64,000 bases of DNA, from contig JBELHW010000004.1 in assembly GCA_042091225.1 (NCBI GenBank), positions 4,479 through 68,478 on the forward strand, in the 5' to 3' direction. Under the pieces are notes generated by a model that had not been told where the DNA came from, did no database searches, and worked only from the letters and a program-made list of their open reading frames with translations. This DNA comes from Cryomorphaceae bacterium (GTDB lineage: Bacteria; Bacteroidota; Bacteroidia; Flavobacteriales; UBA7312). How positions within the stretch are numbered: the first letter of the stretch is position 1; the number at the start of each line of letters is the position of its first letter. The translations under genes and the position numbers were made by a program. Of the stretch, positions 20,873 to 30,018 are shown in pieces.

Positions 20873-23221
20873 ATGAAATATTTATTCTTAACTTTAGTAT
20901 TTTGTTTTATTCAACTTGCAACTTTCTCTCAATCAGTTCAAGGTATTGTAATGGATAAAAACGATAATAGTCCTCTTATTGGAGTTAATGTGATTACCAA
21001 CTCATCAGGAACAATTACTGACTTTGATGGAAAATTTGAACTTAAATTACTAGAAGGAGAAAATATCCTTATTTTTTCTTACTTAGGATATAAGGAACTC
21101 AAAAAGACAGTCAAGGTTGCTAAAAGTCAAAAAATTACAATTGAAATTAAGCTTGAAGAATCGATAACAAAACTTAATACTGTTGTTGTATCTGCAGGAA
21201 AATTCGAACAAAAAATTGAAGAAACAACTGTATCTATTGAAGTTTTAAAAGCTTCGCTTATAGAAAGTAAAAACACTACAAATATTCAAAATGCTATTGA
21301 TCAAATTCCTGGAGTAAATATTACCGACGGACAGGCTAATATTAGAGGTGGAAGTGGTTGGAGTTATGGTGCAGGAACAAGAGTACAGGTTCTAGTAGAC
21401 GACTTGCCTTTAATTTCTGGAGATGCAGGTCAAGCCCAGTGGAGTTTAATAGCAACTGAAAACATCAATCAAGTAGAAGTAATAAAAGGTGCTTCGTCTT
21501 CTTTGTATGGTTCGTCTGCCCTAAATGGAGTAATCAATATCCGAACAGCATATCCAGGAAATACCCCCGAAACAAAAATTAACTTACATCATGGTTATTA
21601 TGACGATGCAAAAAGAGAAAGTTTAAATTGGTGGGGAGGAAGAAATCAAAAAGTTTCTGGATTTGATTTTTTACACAAAAGAAAAATTGGCAATCTTGAT
21701 CTTGTTGCAGGAGGGTTCTATCTCAGAGATGAAGGATATAGATATTTAGAAGACACTCAAAGATACCGACTCAACTTTAACACAAGGTATAAAGATCAGA
21801 AAATTGAGGGGCTGACTTACGGCTTAAATGCAAATTTTTTAAAAAATGAAACTGCTTCGGCACTCATCTGGCAAGATTACGAAACTGCTTATATTCCTCT
21901 AGATAGTTCGGTAACTAAAACAAGTGGAGATGTTTATAATATAGATCCATTTATAACTTACATAAATCCTAAAAACCAAGACTCTCATCAACTAAAAGGT
22001 AGGTTTATGCATGTTATTAATGATAACTCTACAAAAAACAATAAAGATGGACAGGATAATAAATCTGACACATATTATTTAGAGTATCAATACCAGAAAA
22101 AGATTGATTGGCTGAAACTAAATTGGACAAGCGGAAGTGTTTATGAATATGTAAATGCAAAGTCAAAGTTGTTTCAAGGAAATAACTTTAGAGAAAATAT
22201 TGCTTTGTTTACTCAAGTCGATAAAAAAATTGGCAATAGAATAAATCTATCTTTAGGAGCTAGGTATGAACGGTTTTCATTAAAGACAGGTCAATTTTAT
22301 GTTTTAGAAGATGGAGACTCTACTGATAATATTTTTGACTCCAAGCCTGTTTTCAGATCAGGTATAAATTATAAACTTAGTGAATCCACATTTTTAAGAT
22401 CTTCCTATGGTCAAGGGTACCGTTTCCCAAGTATTGCAGAACTATTTATTGAAACAGAGGTTGCAAGTGGAATTTGGGTTTACGACAATCCAAGCCTTAC
22501 ACCTGAGCAAGGATGGAGTTCAGAAATTGCTGTAAAACAACTTTATAAACTAGGGAATTTAGTGGGTTATATAGATTTGGCTCTTTTTACCATGGAATAT
22601 AAAGACATGATGGAGTTTAGTTTCGGACAATGGCAACCATTTGCTTTAGATAATTTAGGAATAGGATTTAAATCTATAAATATAGGCGACACAAAAATTT
22701 CAGGTCTAGAGCTATCTATGGCTGGTTCTATTACGTTTGATGAATTTAAGCTTAACTTTTTAGGAGGATATACTTACATCGATCCTAAGCCAAAAGATCC
22801 TAATAAAATTTACGATGAAGATATTAATGGACAAGGACTAAATTTTTACAACACAAGTTCAATAGATTCTTCCGATTTATTTCTAAAATACAGGTATGAA
22901 CATCTTGCAAAATTAGACGTCGAATTAGTTCATGGTAAAAAAAGCTTTGGAATAAGTGCTAGATACAATAGCTTTATGAAAAATATTGATGCAATATTTG
23001 TAAGTCCTGGGTTCTCTGGAATCATTCCTGGTATTTCAGAATCAAGAGAAAAACTCAATACTGGCGATCTTATAATCGATTTAAGACTTGTATATCAAAT
23101 AAATAAAAACAATTCTGCTTCGTTAATTATTAATAATGCATTAAACAGAGAGTACCAAACCCGTCCGGCTAATCTAATGCCTCCAAGGATGGTTTCTTTA
23201 AAATGGGGTATAAAATTATGA
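20873..23221 (+). CDS. TonB-dependent receptor with N-terminal carboxypeptidase-regulatory-like domain
   Basis: Signal peptide MKYLFLTLVFCFIQLATFSQ, a CarboxypepD_reg-like VQGIVMDKNDNSPLIGVNV segment, a plug domain (IEVIKGASSSLYGSSALNGVINI), and a long beta-barrel. Confidence 0.85.
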   Translation: MKYLFLTLVFCFIQLATFSQSVQGIVMDKNDNSPLIGVNVITNSSGTITDFDGKFELKLLEGENILIFSYLGYKELKKTVKVAKSQKITIEIKLEESITKLNTVVVSAGKFEQKIEETTVSIEVLKASLIESKNTTNIQNAIDQIPGVNITDGQANIRGGSGWSYGAGTRVQVLVDDLPLISGDAGQAQWSLIATENINQVEVIKGASSSLYGSSALNGVINIRTAYPGNTPETKINLHHGYYDDAKRESLNWWGGRNQKVSGFDFLHKRKIGNLDLVAGGFYLRDEGYRYLEDTQRYRLNFNTRYKDQKIEGLTYGLNANFLKNETASALIWQDYETAYIPLDSSVTKTSGDVYNIDPFITYINPKNQDSHQLKGRFMHVINDNSTKNNKDGQDNKSDTYYLEYQYQKKIDWLKLNWTSGSVYEYVNAKSKLFQGNNFRENIALFTQVDKKIGNRINLSLGARYERFSLKTGQFYVLEDGDSTDNIFDSKPVFRSGINYKLSESTFLRSSYGQGYRFPSIAELFIETEVASGIWVYDNPSLTPEQGWSSEIAVKQLYKLGNLVGYIDLALFTMEYKDMMEFSFGQWQPFALDNLGIGFKSINIGDTKISGLELSMAGSITFDEFKLNFLGGYTYIDPKPKDPNKIYDEDINGQGLNFYNTSSIDSSDLFLKYRYEHLAKLDVELVHGKKSFGISARYNSFMKNIDAIFVSPGFSGIIPGISESREKLNTGDLIIDLRLVYQINKNNSASLIINNALNREYQTRPANLMPPRMVSLKWGIKL

Positions 23222-23916
23222 GAACACTAGCAATTATACCAGCGAGATATAATTCCAGCAGATTTCCTGGAAAACCCTTAATTGACATTAACGGAAAGTC
23301 AATGATAAGAAGAGTTTACGAGCAGGTAATGCTAACAAGTGTGTCAAAAATAATTGTTGCAACCGACGATTTCAGAATTGCTGATGAAGTACAAGAATTT
23401 GGTGGAGAATATGTTATGACATCTAGTAATCACCTTTGCGGAACAGATAGATGCATTGAGGTTTTAAGCGAACTTAGCCAATATACTCATGTTATAAACA
23501 TACAAGGTGACGAACCCTTTATAAACCCCCAACAAATAAAACAAATTGATTATCATTTTCAGATGAACCCTGATTCATCAATTATAACTTTAGCGAAAAA
23601 AATAGAAGATAAATCATTATATCAAAACCCAAACTGTGTTAAGTTGCAATTTAATAAAGAAAATATTGCAACCTCTTTCGAACGAATTGTCGAAGATACA
23701 AAGCAAGATGTTTTTAAACATATTGGTATTTACGGTTTCAAATCAGAAATATTATTAGAATTAGGAAATTTAGCAATTTCTGAAAATGAGAAAAAGCTTA
23801 AACTTGAGCAGCTAAGATGGACAGATAACGGATATGACATAACTGTTTTGCCTACTCAATATGAGTCCATATCAATAGATTCGCCAGAAGATTTAAAAAA
23901 AATTAGTTTTGATTAA
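23218..23916 (+). CDS. kdsB: 3-deoxy-manno-octulosonate cytidylyltransferase (CMP-KDO synthetase)
   Basis: AIIPARYNSSRFPGKPL, ATDD, NIQGDEPF. The ATG overlaps the upstream TGA as ATGA. Confidence 0.9.
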   Translation: MRTLAIIPARYNSSRFPGKPLIDINGKSMIRRVYEQVMLTSVSKIIVATDDFRIADEVQEFGGEYVMTSSNHLCGTDRCIEVLSELSQYTHVINIQGDEPFINPQQIKQIDYHFQMNPDSSIITLAKKIEDKSLYQNPNCVKLQFNKENIATSFERIVEDTKQDVFKHIGIYGFKSEILLELGNLAISENEKKLKLEQLRWTDNGYDITVLPTQYESISIDSPEDLKKISFD

Positions 23917-23935
23917 TTTTATTTAGCGATTTTTA

Positions 23936-23943
23936 TACCTTTG
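23936..23943 (+). promoter_or_regulatory. candidate -7 box (TACCTTTG) for the SPOR-domain gene, 8 nt from the ATG
   Basis: Perfect TAnnTTTG in the 35-nt spacer after kdsB. Confidence 0.4.
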
Positions 23944-23951
23944 TATGAGTG

Positions 23952-24917
23952 ATGAATAATAAAATAAATACATACATTTCTGACCTTTTATGTTTACACG
24001 ATTGTGTAATCATTCCTAATTTCGGTGGATTCATTGCTAACTACAAAGCTAGTGTTCTCGACAACAGAACAAATACTATCCGACCACCTTCTAAAAGCAT
24101 CGTTTTTAATAAAAGTCTTTCAAATAATGACGGACTACTTGCCAACGAAATTGCAATTAACGAAAAGATTAGTTTTAAACAGGCTCAGAAAAGAATTGTA
24201 GAATATGTATCTTTTCTAAATGACAATCTTCATTTACATAAAAAAATGTACATAACCGAAGTAGGTACTTTACTTTTGGTTGAAAACACAAAAATTATTT
24301 TTATTCAGTCTAGCACTAGAAATCATCTTTTAGAAAGTTATGGTTATGCTCCTATTCAATTTCCTACAATTGTAAGAGAAAACATTTCTGAAAATGTAAA
24401 AACTAAGATTAAAGAATTACCCATTTCATACAAAAAGGAAAAGAAGTCTTGGCTAAAGGTGGCGGCAATTGCTTTGCCATTAGCAATTTTATCGCTTGTT
24501 GGAGTGAATAATTCGGAGCAAATTAAAGCTTCCTATGCTAGTCTTGTTCCCGTAAATTCTACGGTAAAAACAGTTGAGATAACTAAACAAGAAATTAGCC
24601 AATTCGATTATAACAGCGTTAGTATGAATATTGATCAGGCTATTACAGATTATTATCACCTATTAAATGAAAGTGAACAAGCAAAGCAAACTCCTAAACA
24701 TTTTGTTATCGCCGGATCTTTCAAGTCAAAATCTAATGCTAAAAAATTAGTAAACAAACTAAATAAGTGGAATTATTCTGGCGCTACAATACTCGAAAAA
24801 AGTAGCAATGGCTACTACAGAGTTTGTTATACTCAACATGTGCAACATCATTTGGCTTTAGCTTCTTTAGAGGACATAAAAAAATCCAACTCTACTGCTT
24901 GGCTTTTATCTAATTAA
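23952..24917 (+). CDS. HU-like N-terminal domain / SPOR-domain protein
   Basis: N-terminus CVIIPNFGGFIANYKAS (bacterial HU-CCDC81-like domain), a central TM segment, and a C-terminal SPOR-like FVIAGSFKSKSNAKKLVNKL followed by YYRVCY. A -7 box at 23936-23943 favours the ATG at 23952. Confidence 0.7.
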   Translation: MNNKINTYISDLLCLHDCVIIPNFGGFIANYKASVLDNRTNTIRPPSKSIVFNKSLSNNDGLLANEIAINEKISFKQAQKRIVEYVSFLNDNLHLHKKMYITEVGTLLLVENTKIIFIQSSTRNHLLESYGYAPIQFPTIVRENISENVKTKIKELPISYKKEKKSWLKVAAIALPLAILSLVGVNNSEQIKASYASLVPVNSTVKTVEITKQEISQFDYNSVSMNIDQAITDYYHLLNESEQAKQTPKHFVIAGSFKSKSNAKKLVNKLNKWNYSGATILEKSSNGYYRVCYTQHVQHHLALASLEDIKKSNSTAWLLSN

Positions 24918-24941
24918 ACACACCTTACATCTTAAAATAAT

Positions 24942-25454
24942 ATGAAAGCTAAAACTCCATCACAAAGTATTAGTACACTAACCGAAATGGTACTACCCAA
25001 TGACACTAATAATCTTGATAACTTAATGGGGGGGAGATTACTCCATTGGATGGATATTGCTGCGGCAATTTCTTCTTCCCGACATTGCGGAAGAATTGTA
25101 GTAACTGCCTCTGTAAATAACGTTTCCTTTGACAAGCCAATCCCTAGAGGAAGTATTGTAACATTAGAAGCAAAAGTTTCTAGGGCATTTACTTCTTCAA
25201 TGGAAGTGTTTGTGGATGTATGGATGGAGCATCGAACTATTGGAGAACGCCAAAAGTGTAACGAAGCTATTTATACATTTGTAGCTGTTGATCAGTTAGG
25301 CAAGCCAATTGAAATCCCTGCAATTATTCCAGAATCTGAGCAAGAGAAAACAAGGTTTGATGGAGCCTTAAGAAGAAGACAACTTTCTTTAATCTTGGCT
25401 GGTAGAATGAAGCCATCGCAAGCTACAGAACTAAAAGCTCTTTTCACACAATAG
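24942..25454 (+). CDS. acyl-CoA thioesterase (hotdog fold, YciA-like)
   Basis: MVLPNDTNNLDNLMGGRLLHWMD, VTASVNNVSFDKPI. Stop is TAG (25452-25454). Confidence 0.8.
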   Translation: MKAKTPSQSISTLTEMVLPNDTNNLDNLMGGRLLHWMDIAAAISSSRHCGRIVVTASVNNVSFDKPIPRGSIVTLEAKVSRAFTSSMEVFVDVWMEHRTIGERQKCNEAIYTFVAVDQLGKPIEIPAIIPESEQEKTRFDGALRRRQLSLILAGRMKPSQATELKALFTQ

Positions 25455-26396
25455 AGCAATCTCGTTAGTATCGATATCGTTCATGCATTTAAAATGTCCT
25501 AGCGGACATTTTTTATAGCCTATTTTAGAGCAAGGTCGACACCACAAATTTGCATTTTCAACCATTGTTGAGCCTTCTTTTGCTAAATATGGATGCATGC
25601 CAAAAGCAGGTGCAGTATTGCCCCAAACAGAAATAATATCTTTAGAAAAAGCTGCTGAAATATGCATCATACCAGTATCGTTGGTAATCACTAATCGAGC
25701 ATTTTTTGCTAATAAAGCAGATTGATCTAGGCTTAAAGATCCGCAAGCATTAATCCCTCTATCCAAAGAAGCTATAATTTCCTCACCTCTTTGCTTATCT
25801 TCAGGACCTCCTACCAACACAAAAGGAAACGGTATTTTACTTAGCACTTCAATTACTTTGTGAGCTGGTAAAATTTTTGTGGCGTGCTGACCTCCTATAA
25901 CAAAAGCTATGTAAGCGTTGTTCTTTAGCTCGGAATAAAGAGGTGGTAATTTTGTGTCTGGAGGTATAAAATAGTCTAGTCCTTTACCATCATTTTTTAC
26001 TCCTAAAAAAGCTGCTGCCTCCAAATACCTATCTACTATATGTTTGTTAGGAAGGAGGTTAATTTTAAAAGTAGTAAGTAACCATTTTTCGATATTTAAC
26101 TTAAAAAAGCTACTGTGTTTTCCTTTTAAGGTCCTTTTAAGAAAATAAGTTTTAAGGTTGTGGTGTAAATCAATAACTGCTTCAAAATCTATCTCTTTTA
26201 AAGACTCCCTATCTTCGTAAGAATGTAAAACATCTATATATGGGTTATGGACTAAAACTCTAAAAAAGGCTGGCTTACTAAGAAAATGAACCTCGACATC
26301 AAGCTGCTGACTAATAGCCCGAATGACAGGAGTTGTTAGCACAATATCACCAATAGAACTTAACCTTATAATTAGTATTTTGGGCTTAGAAATCAT
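25431..26396 (-). CDS. glycosyltransferase family 9 (heptosyltransferase-like)
   Basis: ILIIRLSSIGDIVLTTPVIRAI at the N-terminus, and NDTGMMHISAA near the C-terminus. Confidence 0.8.
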   Translation of the reverse strand: MISKPKILIIRLSSIGDIVLTTPVIRAISQQLDVEVHFLSKPAFFRVLVHNPYIDVLHSYEDRESLKEIDFEAVIDLHHNLKTYFLKRTLKGKHSSFFKLNIEKWLLTTFKINLLPNKHIVDRYLEAAAFLGVKNDGKGLDYFIPPDTKLPPLYSELKNNAYIAFVIGGQHATKILPAHKVIEVLSKIPFPFVLVGGPEDKQRGEEIIASLDRGINACGSLSLDQSALLAKNARLVITNDTGMMHISAAFSKDIISVWGNTAPAFGMHPYLAKEGSTMVENANLWCRPCSKIGYKKCPLGHFKCMNDIDTNEIALLCEKSF

Positions 26397-26401
26397 TCAC
26401 A

Positions 26402-26409
26402 CAAAACTA
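26402..26409 (-). promoter_or_regulatory. candidate -7 box (TAGTTTTG) for the GT9 gene, 5 nt from the ATG
   Basis: The forward strand reads CAAAACTA. Confidence 0.45.
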
Positions 26410-26421
26410 AATAAATTATCC

Positions 26422-26429
26422 TAATTTTG
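26422..26429 (+). promoter_or_regulatory. candidate -7 box (TAATTTTG) for the tatD-like gene, 5 nt from the ATG
   Basis: Perfect TAnnTTTG followed by TCGCA and then the ATG at 26435. Confidence 0.45.
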
Positions 26430-26434
26430 TCGCA

Positions 26435-27202
26435 ATGAATCTGATAGATACCCACACACATATGTTTTCTTCGCAATTTGATGAAGACAGAGAGCAAATT
26501 ATAAAAGAATGTATAGAAAGTGGTATTGAAACTCTTCTACTTCCTAACATTAACTCGGAGACTATTGAAGCTATGTGGAGTTTATGTAATTCTTTTCCAA
26601 ACAATTGTTTTCCTATGATAGGCTTACATCCGTGTGATATAAAAGAAGATTATGTAAAAGAACTAAACATTGTCTTGCAAGAGCTTAAAAGTAGAAAATA
26701 CGTTGCAGTTGGAGAAATTGGCATCGACCTACATTGGGATAAGAGCACAATAGAGATTCAGAAAAAAGCATTTGATCAACAAATAAAATGGGCTTTAGAA
26801 TTTGACCTTCCTATCGCCATTCATATAAGAGAAAGTTTTAAAGAGGTATTCCAAGTTTTAGAGCAGAATTTACATCCAAATTTAAGAGGTGTTTTTCATT
26901 GTTTTACTGGCAATTTAGACCAAGCTCAAAAAGCAATATCAATGGGCTTTATGTTGGGTGTTGGAGGGGTTGTTACTTTTAAAAATAGTGGGGTAGATAA
27001 GGTTTTGCAAAACATAGATTTAAAACATTTAGTTTTAGAAACAGATAGTCCATATTTAGCTCCTACTCCTTTAAGAGGAAAGAGAAACGATAGCAGAAAT
27101 CTAAAATTAATATGTGATAAACTAGCCCAAATTAATGGACTAACTTCTGATCAGGTGGCAAAAATAACTACTAAAAATGCTAAAACTCTTTTCAAGCTAT
27201 GA
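26435..27202 (+). CDS. TatD-family metal-dependent hydrolase
   Basis: LIDTHTHM, GEIGIDLHW, AIHIRES, FHCFTG, LETDSPYL. Confidence 0.9.
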   Translation: MNLIDTHTHMFSSQFDEDREQIIKECIESGIETLLLPNINSETIEAMWSLCNSFPNNCFPMIGLHPCDIKEDYVKELNIVLQELKSRKYVAVGEIGIDLHWDKSTIEIQKKAFDQQIKWALEFDLPIAIHIRESFKEVFQVLEQNLHPNLRGVFHCFTGNLDQAQKAISMGFMLGVGGVVTFKNSGVDKVLQNIDLKHLVLETDSPYLAPTPLRGKRNDSRNLKLICDKLAQINGLTSDQVAKITTKNAKTLFKL

Positions 27203-28194
27203 TTAAATCCATTTTATTAATTTATACAGGAGGAACTATAGGGATGATTAAAACATCCGACGGATCACTGCAAGCATTCAACTTCGATAATTTGAAAAAT
27301 CAAATTCCTGAATTAGCAAAAATAGGAGTTGAGCTAAACAATATCTCTATCAAAAAACCTATTGACTCTAGCAATATGGATACTGAAGTATGGATAGAAA
27401 TTGCCAATATTATAGAGTCTAATTATTCAAAATACGATGGATTTGTAATTTTACACGGCTCAGATACTATGGCATATACCGCTTCATGTTTGAGCTTTAT
27501 GCTCCAAAATTTAGCAAAACCAATAATTTTAACAGGATCTCAACTACCTATTGGTATTGCCAGAACAGACGCTAGGGAAAATCTTATTACGTCCATCGAG
27601 TTAGCTTGCGCCAATAAAAACCCAGAAGTATGTATTTATTTCGAATACAAATTAATGAGAGGCAATAGAAGCACAAAAATAAACGCCAATAATTTTGAAG
27701 CCTTCCAATCTCCTAACTTTCCAATATTAGCACAAGCAGGAGTTTCTATCGATTATACTCCTATTAATTATAAAGCAATAGATGGGAATTTAAAGGTCCA
27801 GAAAAAGTTAGATTCTTCTATTGTAGTTATTAAATTATTTCCTGGAATTCAAAAGAATATTTTAGAAGGAATTTTGCGACAAGATGCTAAAGCTATAATT
27901 TTAGAATCTTTTGGATCGGGCAACCTACCCAACGAAGACTGGTTTATAGACTTGCTAGAAGAAGCCATTGCAAAGCAAAAAATTATAGTAAATATTACCC
28001 AGTGCTTAATAGGTTCTGTTAATCATGGAATGTACGAAACAAGCTCCTCTCTAGAAAAAATTGGAGTGATTAGCGGAAAAGACATGACAATAGAAGCTGC
28101 AACTACTAAATTAATGACTCTTTTGGCAAAAGAAAAAGGGACAGAAAAGGTGAAAATTTTATTTGAAAAATCTTTAGCTGGAGAAATGAGTTAA
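27199..28194 (+). CDS. ansA: type I L-asparaginase
   Basis: LLIYTGGTIGM (catalytic Thr), ILHGSDTMAYTAS, ILESFGSGN. ATGA overlap with the tatD-like gene. Confidence 0.85.
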   Translation: MIKSILLIYTGGTIGMIKTSDGSLQAFNFDNLKNQIPELAKIGVELNNISIKKPIDSSNMDTEVWIEIANIIESNYSKYDGFVILHGSDTMAYTASCLSFMLQNLAKPIILTGSQLPIGIARTDARENLITSIELACANKNPEVCIYFEYKLMRGNRSTKINANNFEAFQSPNFPILAQAGVSIDYTPINYKAIDGNLKVQKKLDSSIVVIKLFPGIQKNILEGILRQDAKAIILESFGSGNLPNEDWFIDLLEEAIAKQKIIVNITQCLIGSVNHGMYETSSSLEKIGVISGKDMTIEAATTKLMTLLAKEKGTEKVKILFEKSLAGEMS

Positions 28195-28207
28195 TCAATT
28201 CATTTCC

Positions 28208-28215
28208 TATTTTTG
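28208..28215 (+). promoter_or_regulatory. candidate Bacteroidota -7 box (TATTTTTG) for tRNA-Ser
   Basis: Perfect TAnnTTTG, 10 nt upstream of the mature tRNA 5' end. Confidence 0.45.
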
Positions 28216-28225
28216 CCAACAGTTT

Positions 28226-28310
28226 GGAAAGGTGGCCGAGTGGCTTAAGGCGCACGCTTGGAAAGCGTGTATACAGCAATGTATCGGGGGTTCGAATCCC
28301 TTCCTTTCCG
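28226..28310 (+). tRNA. tRNA-Ser (anticodon GGA)
   Basis: Acceptor stem GGAAAGG/CCTTTCC with discriminator G. D arm GCCGAGTGGCTTAAGGC. Anticodon stem CACGC/GCGTG with loop TTGGAAA (GGA). Long variable arm. T loop TTCGAAT. The T stem has two G-T pairs at its base. CCA is not encoded. Confidence 0.9.
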
Positions 28311-28317
28311 CAAATCA

Positions 28318-28346
28318 GAAAAAACACCCAGTGAGGTGTTTTTTCT
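28318..28346 (+). terminator. rho-independent terminator after tRNA-Ser
   Basis: Stem AAAACACC / GGTGTTTT around loop CAGTGA, followed by a T-run. Confidence 0.7.
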
Positions 28347-28399
28347 ATTTATAAACCTCGGCTTTTTGCAAGTAGTTTCTTTTTTTTTGTAAATTAGCA

Positions 28400-28717
28400 G
28401 TGAGTTTTTTTCTTAAAGCAACTCCACTTTTATCTATGAAAAACCTACAGCTTACAACTGACTTTCTCGATTATAACATCGACATCTACCTGATTAACAG
28501 ATTAATAAAACCAAGTTTTAATGTGATGAAGCCTTCTTTTGCTACACATTTATTGCAAAAGAGAACAGGTTTAAAACCTATTCTGGAATTATTGGGATGT
28601 AGAAATTTCAAGACCACGGAAATATACACACAGGTATCTACCCAAGAAATTGGGAAAATAAAAAACACTTTGGATGATTTTTATAAATCAGAAAGTTCAA
28701 CAATACATGCTAATTAA
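28400..28717 (+). pseudogene. C-terminal fragment of a tyrosine recombinase/integrase (N-terminal ~300 aa missing, catalytic residues degraded)
   Basis: The ORF contains MKPSFATHLLQKRTGLKPILELLGCRNFKTTEIYTQVSTQEIGKIKNTLDDF. The canonical end of this family is HxLRHSFATHLL, then ELLGH, then TTxIYTHV. Here RH has become KP and LGH has become LGC, while the Tyr is kept. Only ~90 nt separate the ORF from the tRNA. Confidence 0.55.
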
Positions 28718-29039
28718 GGGAGTATTGTTGAACAAAATAAAAACCTGGCTTTATAGCAAATCCAATATTTTGATGTAACTCAAATTTATTGCTTCCTTTT
28801 TGAGCTAACACAACTCTGTTATTCAGATAAGAAACTTGAATTGTAGTTTTTAAATATTCATTTATTATAAAATCGTTGCCATAATACAATCCGATATCAT
28901 TTAAATTATTATTAGAAAACTGCTCGTTAAAAGAAGTAGTATTAGCAAAAGTATTAATAGTGCCAACACCAATATAAGCACTGTTTTGGCCAATAGCCGT
29001 TATGGACAATAAAAGAAAAAGCAACAAGATATTAGCCAT
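28710..29039 (-). CDS. hypothetical small secreted protein, possibly a truncated outer-membrane beta-barrel remnant
   Basis: Signal peptide MANILLLFLLLSITAIGQ and beta-strand-like alternation. Only 109 aa. The 3' end overlaps the integrase fragment by 8 nt. Confidence 0.35.
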   Translation of the reverse strand: MANILLLFLLLSITAIGQNSAYIGVGTINTFANTTSFNEQFSNNNLNDIGLYYGNDFIINEYLKTTIQVSYLNNRVVLAQKGSNKFELHQNIGFAIKPGFYFVQQYSLN

Positions 29040-29155
29040 TTTGTAAAACTACTAAAAAAGTAATTTTTTGTTCCTAAACTCCAATATTTATACTAAAATT
29101 AAAAGTAAAAAGTTAATGAAAAGAAAATATCGTTTTTATAAATAATAATAATGTG

Positions 29156-29163
29156 TAAATTTG
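29156..29163 (+). promoter_or_regulatory. candidate -7 box (TAAATTTG) for the exbB operon
   Basis: Perfect TAnnTTTG, 41 nt upstream of the exbB ATG, in a 165-nt AT-rich spacer. Confidence 0.4.
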
Positions 29164-29204
29164 CCATCAACAGAATTAAAACCGAAACTAAATAAATATC
29201 AAAA

Positions 29205-30017
29205 ATGAAAAAAATATTTGCTTTATTATCACTAGCGCTTTGTTTGACTTTTGGGTTAAATAATTTACTATTTGCTCAAGATCAAGAAACAACTGCTACA
29301 GAACAAATTGACTCTACACAAGCAGTAGAAACAGAAGAATTAGTTGAAAATGTTCCTGCTCCTCAAGAAGCAGTTGAAGAGAATAAATCTTTTCACCAAG
29401 TGATTAAACAAAAATTCATTGAAGGAGGTCCTTCTTTTATGGGTATTGTACTACTATGCCTAATCTTAGGATTAGCACTTTGTATAGAAAGAATTATATA
29501 CCTAAACAAAGCAACGACAAACACTACTAATTTGTTAAACGATATTGAAGGTTCTTTATCTTCAGGAAACGTAGAAGGAGCAAAAGAAATTTGCAGAAAT
29601 ACTGCTGGTCCTGTTGCAAGTATCTTTTACCAAGGACTTGATCGTTCTGGAGAGGGAATTGATGTAGTAGAAAAATCTGTAGTTGCTTACGGAAGCGTAC
29701 AAATGGGTCTGTTAGAAAAAGGCCTTTCTTGGATTTCATTATTTATAGCTCTTGCACCTATGCTTGGTTTTATGGGTACTGTAATTGGTATGATTGGTGC
29801 ATTCGACGCTATTGAGGCTGCAGGTGATATTTCTCCATCTTTAGTTGCTGGAGGTATTAAAGTTGCACTTTTAACAACTGTATTTGGTCTTATCGTAGCA
29901 ATGATTCTTCAAATTTTTTACAATTACATTGTAGCAAAAATTGACAGCATAGTTAACTCTATGGAAGATGCTTCTATTTCTTTTGTAGATATTTTAGTAA
30001 AAAATAACATCAAGTAA
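29205..30017 (+). CDS. exbB: MotA/TolQ/ExbB proton-channel family protein
   Basis: Signal peptide plus an acidic N-terminal extension, then three TM segments and LAPMLGFMGTVIGMIGAF, with LLTTVFGLIVA. Confidence 0.85.
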   Translation: MKKIFALLSLALCLTFGLNNLLFAQDQETTATEQIDSTQAVETEELVENVPAPQEAVEENKSFHQVIKQKFIEGGPSFMGIVLLCLILGLALCIERIIYLNKATTNTTNLLNDIEGSLSSGNVEGAKEICRNTAGPVASIFYQGLDRSGEGIDVVEKSVVAYGSVQMGLLEKGLSWISLFIALAPMLGFMGTVIGMIGAFDAIEAAGDISPSLVAGGIKVALLTTVFGLIVAMILQIFYNYIVAKIDSIVNSMEDASISFVDILVKNNIK

Positions 30018-30018
30018 T

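Noticed and set aside
28106-28327. 73-aa minus-strand ORF
   Set aside because: It runs antisense through tRNA-Ser and the end of ansA. It is an artefact of the ORF caller.
29116-29145. 9-codon mini-ORF (MKRKYRFYK) in the AT-rich spacer upstream of exbB as a possible leader peptide
   Set aside because: It lies upstream of the only candidate promoter (-7 box at 29156-29163) and has no associated structure. It is most likely chance in AT-rich DNA.
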